32,000 nucleotides of DNA, taken from Prochlorococcus marinus subsp. pastoris str. CCMP1986. GTDB taxonomy: Bacteria; Cyanobacteriota; Cyanobacteriia; PCC-6307; Cyanobiaceae. The position numbers and the translations under genes are program-made. Below, piece after piece: positions 27,859 through 32,000 of the stretch. The DNA lies in contig NC_005072.1 in assembly GCF_000011465.1 (NCBI RefSeq), forward strand, positions 1,290,001 to 1,322,000. The letters are read 5' to 3'. The notes beneath the pieces are model-generated. The model made no database searches and was not told the origin of the DNA. It worked only from the letters and a program-made list of their open reading frames with translations. The number at the start of each line of letters is the position of its first letter. The first letter of the stretch is position 1.

Positions 27859-28095
27859 ATGGTTAATTTATTTTCCTACGTCAAATATTCTGAAGCTAGC
27901 TTTCCAATGACGGGTCAATATACGGCTCTTTTGTTATTAACTTCAGTTATTTGGGTACTTCTTTGGATCGGTTATAGACAAAACAAAATAAACGATGAAA
28001 TAAAGAAAAAAGAGAAGGAAGAAAGAATTAACGCAAAGGCCGAAAGGAGAAGAAAGTTAGAAAGTTTATATCCGAATCGAAAAAATAATTTTTGA
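27859..28095 (+). CDS. hypothetical small membrane protein with one helix and a Lys/Glu/Arg-rich tail
   Basis: 78-aa track ORF. The internal Met17 gives MTGQYTALLLLTSVIWVLLWIGYRQNK... followed by a charged tail. Confidence 0.45.
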   Translation: MVNLFSYVKYSEASFPMTGQYTALLLLTSVIWVLLWIGYRQNKINDEIKKKEKEERINAKAERRRKLESLYPNRKNNF

Positions 28096-28130
28096 AAAAA
28101 GATTTTAAGAAGTATTAATTAGAAGTTACT

Positions 28131-28268
28131 TTAATTTTTTGTATCGAATTCGCTTCTAGCCTTAATAAGCTTTGAAATTTCCAGGTTAAGTTCTTCTTCG
28201 GATTTAAAGCCTAATATGTCGAATGGTGCCAGACCCAGCGAAACATCATTTTTATTAATTAATTCCAT
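28131..28268 (-). CDS. possible 45-aa soluble peptide
   Basis: I read MELINKNDVSLGLAPFDILGFKSEEELNLEISKLIKARSEFDTKN*. It is convergent with 27859-28095. Confidence 0.3.
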   Translation of the reverse strand: MELINKNDVSLGLAPFDILGFKSEEELNLEISKLIKARSEFDTKN

Positions 28269-28531
28269 ATTATTGATAATTTGTTTTTATGTTAGATAAT
28301 TATTAAATTAAAGTAATTGCTTGGTGATTGATTCAACATAATACTTACTGCTTTCAGATATAAATATGAAAAATATAAATTTTTTGATGAACTTCTTATG
28401 AATTTTCTTATTTATAAATCACCTTACAATTTTTTAGTATTAAACCTTATGTTAATTTCTTAAATTATCTGCTTCTAATGACTGTATGAAGACTTTATAT
28501 TATTTAAATATAAATATCAAATTTAAATATC

Positions 28532-28630
28532 ATGGAAACTAACAAATTAAAGTCTTTAATACAGTATCTGCCGGGTTTTATTATTCTTCTATACGTTTTC
28601 TTTTTAGCAATAACACAATTTATAAAGTAA
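28532..28630 (+). CDS. possible 32-aa single-helix peptide
   Basis: I read METNKLKSLIQYLPGFIILLYVFFLAITQFIK*. It ends 22 nt before the TTG start of the EamA gene and is in a different frame. Confidence 0.25.
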   Translation: METNKLKSLIQYLPGFIILLYVFFLAITQFIK

Positions 28631-28652
28631 AAAATTTTTAGAATTATTAGTT

Positions 28653-29528
28653 TTGATTGGAATTTTTTCGGCCTTTGGAGCAGCAATATCATGGACTTAT
28701 GCATGCTTCATATGGCGTTCGCAAACCGAAAAGTATAAATCCATAGATATTAATTTAGTAAAAAATATAATCGCATTTCTAATTTTTCTTCCTGCATTTA
28801 TCAATCTCAGTGTTTTAAATAATTTAAAATCTATTATTACTCTATTATTTAGTGGAGTTATAGGAATAGGATTAGGAGATACTTTTTATATAAAGTCATT
28901 GCAGCTAATTGGTACTAGAAGAACTTTATCTATTGAAACACTATCTCCAATATTAGCTGCATTATCTGGTGAAATTTTTATTAATGAAAACCTAGCATTT
29001 AGGTCTTATCAAGGTATTTTAATTATATCAATTTCACTTTTCATTCTACTTAGGCAGAGAACTAATCTCATAGTTAATAATTTGACCAACATTACAGAAC
29101 GAAATAATTTAAGCGTTTATGTATTTCCATTTTTATCAGTTTTATGTGCTGTTTCAGGGGGTCTATTATCTCGAAAAGTATTTTTAGAAAGCAATCTATC
29201 TCCTTTCCAGGCAACGGAGATCAGGTTACTTGGAGCAATAATATTTTTAATAATAATAAAAAAATTTAGAATTAATTTTTTCTTAAAGAAATTAGATTTT
29301 AATGATCAAAAAAGATTTTTACTCTCAATATTATTAGGAACAAATTTAGGCATATTGCTTCAACAAATTGTTTTCAAGACTCTTCCTTTAGGCATAGGTT
29401 GGACTTTACTTAGTACCTCCCCCGTAATTTCTCTTTTTTTCGCAACTAAAGAAGAAGGACAGATAACAAAAGGTATAATATTCTTTACTACATTATTATT
29501 TTTAGGTTTATGTCTAATAATTATATGA
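28653..29528 (+). CDS. EamA/DMT-superfamily transporter with 10 predicted helices
   Basis: 291 aa with a TTG start. It has two 5-helix halves with typical EamA features (GAAISWTYACFIW; GLGDTFYIKSLQLIG; second half LLSTSPVISLFF). Confidence 0.8.
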   Translation: MIGIFSAFGAAISWTYACFIWRSQTEKYKSIDINLVKNIIAFLIFLPAFINLSVLNNLKSIITLLFSGVIGIGLGDTFYIKSLQLIGTRRTLSIETLSPILAALSGEIFINENLAFRSYQGILIISISLFILLRQRTNLIVNNLTNITERNNLSVYVFPFLSVLCAVSGGLLSRKVFLESNLSPFQATEIRLLGAIIFLIIIKKFRINFFLKKLDFNDQKRFLLSILLGTNLGILLQQIVFKTLPLGIGWTLLSTSPVISLFFATKEEGQITKGIIFFTTLLFLGLCLIII

Positions 29529-29554
29529 AAGTTAAATCCATGTAATAAATACTC

Positions 29555-29722
29555 ATGTTAATAGATAAAACAATCAATAAAATAATCTTAGAAACGTTAT
29601 TCAATATGAAAGTTCTAAAGAAAAAGACACTTGGAATCTTTGAAGTATATTTAATTTTCTTATCATGCCTATATGCCGGATTTATAGGTTATAAGTCCTT
29701 ATTAAATATATTAATTACTTAA
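29555..29722 (+). CDS. possible 55-aa single-helix membrane peptide (38 aa if it starts at Met18)
   Basis: I read MLIDKTINKIILETLFNMKVLKKKTLGIFEVYLIFLSCLYAGFIGYKSLLNILIT*. Confidence 0.3.
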   Translation: MLIDKTINKIILETLFNMKVLKKKTLGIFEVYLIFLSCLYAGFIGYKSLLNILIT

Positions 29723-29723
29723 A

Positions 29724-29858
29724 TTAATTTATTTTTTGAGCCGACTTTACCAAGTGACCTCCATCTTGATCATCATCATCACTTGAAGCGAAAAATAAAC
29801 AATATATCCCAAGTGAAGCTATTGATATTGAAATAGAAAGGGCTGAAAGCTCGTCCAT
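29724..29858 (-). CDS. 44-aa mini membrane protein with an acidic DDDDQDGG tail (paralog A)
   Basis: I read MDELSALSISISIASLGIYCLFFASSDDDDQDGGHLVKSAQKIN*. It shares an N-terminal pattern, a conserved Cys in the helix and the acidic motif with the ORF at 31009-31188. Confidence 0.5.
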   Translation of the reverse strand: MDELSALSISISIASLGIYCLFFASSDDDDQDGGHLVKSAQKIN

Positions 29859-29978
29859 TAATAAAAGTATATATTAGATACTAATAGAAAAATAAATAAA
29901 AATTTGTAAATTAATTAACCTTGTTAAAATATTTTTAATATGACAATTTAATTATAATGTCTATATTAATGTATTTTT

Positions 29979-30257
29979 GTGGTGAGAATTCTTATTAAAT
30001 CGCCATGCAGCGCCAGTTTAATAATTCAGTACGGAATAAAGAATTGGCCTATTTGGGAGCGCGAACCATGTAATTTTTCTTGGATTTACAGGGAAAAAGA
30101 AATTTGTTACATAATTGAAGGTGAAGCAAAAATTAAAACTGAAGCTGGAGAAAGTTACTTAATTAAATCAGGAGACTTGGTTGAATTTCCTGAAGGACTT
30201 TCTTGCGAATGGAAAATAATTAAAAGTTTGAAAAAACACTTTAGATTAGGGGAATAG
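29979..30257 (+). CDS. small single-domain cupin (DUF861 / cupin_3-like)
   Basis: 92 aa with a GTG start. WPIWEREPCNFSWIYREKEICYIIEGEAKI...GDLVEFPEGLSCEWKI matches the EutQ/DUF861-type cupin pattern. A TATAAT hexamer lies at 29953-29958. Confidence 0.75.
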   Translation: MVRILIKSPCSASLIIQYGIKNWPIWEREPCNFSWIYREKEICYIIEGEAKIKTEAGESYLIKSGDLVEFPEGLSCEWKIIKSLKKHFRLGE

Positions 30258-30345
30258 ATTTAAAAAAATATTCCCATAAATTAACTAATTTTGTTCTATA
30301 AGCTAATATAAATTAGTAAATTAATTGTTAAAACATAAATTTTTT

Positions 30346-30516
30346 ATGACTTTCACGGACAATGAATATTTCGAAGTTATCCAAAAAAACGAAACTGTCA
30401 AAGAAGCCTTCGAAACCATAAAACAAACATGTATTAATTTAAAAAATCAAACTAATTGCCCAGAAGAAGACATTGAGAGTTTTCTGATCTTTATTTCTAA
30501 ACAATGGGATAATTAA
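30346..30516 (+). CDS. hypothetical 56-aa acidic protein
   Basis: The track ORF starts at TTG 30325. I prefer the ATG at 30346 (MTFTDNEYFEVIQKNETVKEAFETIKQTCINLKNQTNCPEEDIESFLIFISKQWDN*). Confidence 0.4.
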   Translation: MTFTDNEYFEVIQKNETVKEAFETIKQTCINLKNQTNCPEEDIESFLIFISKQWDN

Positions 30517-30586
30517 TGATTGATAAATCTTTCTAAAAGATATTGATAATTAAAATAACATTTAATATTATTCGCAATTTTAAAAC

Positions 30587-30766
30587 TTAAATATCTTTTT
30601 TAGCGCTTGTATTAATACTTGAAGTTCCTTTAGCCGCTGATACAAAGAAAACAAAACCTACTAATCCTGCAATACCAAAAATTGCAGCTAAATGGTCAAA
30701 AGTAAAAAGAGAACATAAAAAACTATAAAATAAAGATAAATAATAGTTTTTGAATCCAAATTTCAC
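30587..30766 (-). CDS. possible 59-aa membrane peptide with a GTG start
   Basis: I read (M)KFGFKNYYLSLFYSFLCSLFTFDHLAAIFGIAGLVGFVFFVSAAKGTSSINTSAKKDI*. There is no in-frame ATG, and GTG is the only conventional start. Confidence 0.3.
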   Translation of the reverse strand: MKFGFKNYYLSLFYSFLCSLFTFDHLAAIFGIAGLVGFVFFVSAAKGTSSINTSAKKDI

Positions 30767-31008
30767 AATTATTGTTAAGTAACATTTGTCACATTAATAT
30801 ATCTCAAGACGTCAATATTAATTAATTAGTAGAAAATATTTAAGTAAAAAACTTATATTTAGAAATCAAATAAGGATATAATTTCCTAAGGAATTATTCT
30901 CTAAACCCTTTTCGTAACTGGTATTCATTTTTTATTTTATACAATTTCATGGAGAGAAAATAGATCAATATATCCACAATTAACTTTTTTTTTGTTTAAA
31001 GTATATTT

Positions 31009-31188
31009 ATGACAGAAATCTATTCAGCAACTTCATCAATAAGTCCATTCTCAGCAATCTTATGGTGTTTTTACCCTATAGCTATATTAATTTTGGTTGA
31101 GTTGTTTCTAGGTGGAGGATTTGACGATGATAATGATGATCAAGATGGTGGAATGATGATCCCTGCATATTCAGGAGCTAAGAATTAA
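31009..31188 (+). CDS. 59-aa mini membrane protein with an acidic DDDNDDQDGG tail (paralog B)
   Basis: I read MTEIYSATSSISPFSAILWCFYPIAILILVELFLGGGFDDDNDDQDGGMMIPAYSGAKN*. It is one codon below the track cutoff and is a paralog of 29724-29858. Confidence 0.5.
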   Translation: MTEIYSATSSISPFSAILWCFYPIAILILVELFLGGGFDDDNDDQDGGMMIPAYSGAKN

Positions 31189-31209
31189 ATTAAGCTAAGA
31201 ATTAAATTA
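31176..31209. repeat. perfect tandem duplication, 2 x 17 nt (AGCTAAGAATTAAATTA)
   Basis: Unit 1 is 31176-31192 and unit 2 is 31193-31209, and the two are identical. Unit 1 contains the last three codons and the stop of the 31009-31188 ORF. Confidence 0.9.
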
Positions 31210-31267
31210 AATTTTTAAATTTATAATTTTAAAATCTTAAAATTCAAGTTCGTTATTATAATTTAAA

Positions 31268-31387
31268 TTGACTTATTCATTAATAGTATTAGCCACTTTA
31301 ATCCTTGTATTTCTTTATTGGTTAGTAACTAAAACACTTAAAGAAGGCAAGGAGGCTCTTAAGGAGATGAGTAAAAATACTAAATAA
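31268..31387 (+). CDS. possible 39-aa single-helix peptide with a TTG start
   Basis: I read (M)TYSLIVLATLILVFLYWLVTKTLKEGKEALKEMSKNTK*. Confidence 0.25.
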   Translation: MTYSLIVLATLILVFLYWLVTKTLKEGKEALKEMSKNTK

Positions 31388-31540
31388 CCATTTTTATTCC
31401 CCTTTATTCATAATGTAAATTTTATAAATTAGAAGAAACAAAACTACAATTATGTTTAAAATTTATTTTAAGTTAAATAGAAATTACCTATTAATTTAGA
31501 TTAATTTTTTATTTTGACAAATTTCTGACGAAAACTCAAG

Positions 31541-31639
31541 ATGCATCTTAATTCTCTACTTTATATTTTTTCTATTTCTTTATTTATTTATGTCATGGCT
31601 TTATTTTGGAGAGATCTTCCAAATCAAAAAAAGAAGTAA
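31541..31639 (+). CDS. possible 32-aa single-helix peptide
   Basis: I read MHLNSLLYIFSISLFIYVMALFWRDLPNQKKK*. Confidence 0.25.
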   Translation: MHLNSLLYIFSISLFIYVMALFWRDLPNQKKK

Positions 31640-31720
31640 AAGATAATTATTATTAATTTTGTTGCCTATTCAAATAAATTTAGTTATTAATTTAATGATG
31701 TTTCTATTAATTTTATATAT

Positions 31721-31885
31721 ATGCAAATTGAATCTTCAAATAATTCAAAAGATGATGCCTTTCCACAGTCATTGAAAATTGAAAAAGAAAATATTATTTG
31801 TAAAGACGGCTTTTGTACATTACCAATTCAAAATCAAAATCAAAACATAATTAAAAACAACGTGAATTTATTCGATCCTATTTAA
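31721..31885 (+). CDS. possible 54-aa hydrophilic peptide with a C-K-D-G-F-C motif
   Basis: I read MQIESSNNSKDDAFPQSLKIEKENIICKDGFCTLPIQNQNQNIIKNNVNLFDPI*. Confidence 0.35.
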   Translation: MQIESSNNSKDDAFPQSLKIEKENIICKDGFCTLPIQNQNQNIIKNNVNLFDPI

Positions 31886-32000
31886 AATAAAGGAATACAT
31901 TAATTAATTCTCTTAAGCGAATACTCTTTGAATAGTAATGTTTATTTAATAAATGATTAAATTTAGAGCTTATGTATAATAATTTTTTGAATGCCTATCA

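Noticed and set aside
28532-28655. The 32-aa ORF upstream of the EamA gene as a broken-off N-terminal helix of the transporter (pseudogenisation).
   Set aside because: It is in a different reading frame and is separated from the TTG start by several stops. The 291-aa EamA ORF already contains the full 5+5 helix complement.
28504-28704. 66-aa minus-strand ORF spanning the EamA start region.
   Set aside because: It overlaps the EamA N-terminus and the small plus-strand ORF, has junk-like composition and has no upstream signals.
1-32000. I looked for CRISPR arrays, IS elements, transposases, integrases, prophage genes, toxin-antitoxin pairs and rRNA.
   Set aside because: I saw no regularly spaced direct repeats, no terminal inverted repeats flanking an ORF, and no recombinase, transposase or phage-like proteins in any frame. 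The only perfect repeat found is the 2 x 17 nt tandem at 31176-31209.

Overview
The window is AT-rich (visually about 30% GC), very compact, and has no rRNA, CRISPR array, transposase or integrase. Gene content and order look like a high-light-adapted Prochlorococcus marinus chromosome: purC-purD-nblS, convergent kaiC-kaiB with no kaiA, then rplU-rpmA, truB, spoIID, rnz, petF, prmA, serA, an S4-domain gene, tRNA-Val and murD. The organism call is an inference.

Positions 1-27.7 kb are mostly conserved housekeeping genes packed back to back, and several convergent pairs share stop-codon nucleotides. Between tRNA-Val (16.26 kb) and murD (21.6 kb) lies a block of flavin, redox and UV-type accessory genes plus a cluster of small minus-strand genes.

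From about 27.7 kb to the right edge the architecture changes. This stretch holds at least 11 ORFs of 32-78 aa, mostly with a single hydrophobic helix and mostly below the ORF-track cutoff. They sit on alternating strands around only two recognisable genes, an EamA transporter and a small cupin.

The most interesting observations are:
- Two paralogous mini membrane proteins share an acidic DD(D/N)DDQDGG tail (29724-29858 on the minus strand, 31009-31188 on the plus strand).
- A PepSY-TM-like gene is split into 44- and 45-codon ORFs exactly at an in-frame U UUU UUU heptamer, and a -1 shift there restores one 89-aa protein.
- A stand-alone GAF sensor carries a C-terminal CxxC...HGxCxxC module.
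- A photolyase-family protein has the helical FAD domain first and a possible alpha/beta domain after it.
- The tRNA-Val(GAC) has C rather than the usual U at position 33.

Everything was read by eye. No database search was possible, so family names rest on remembered motifs.
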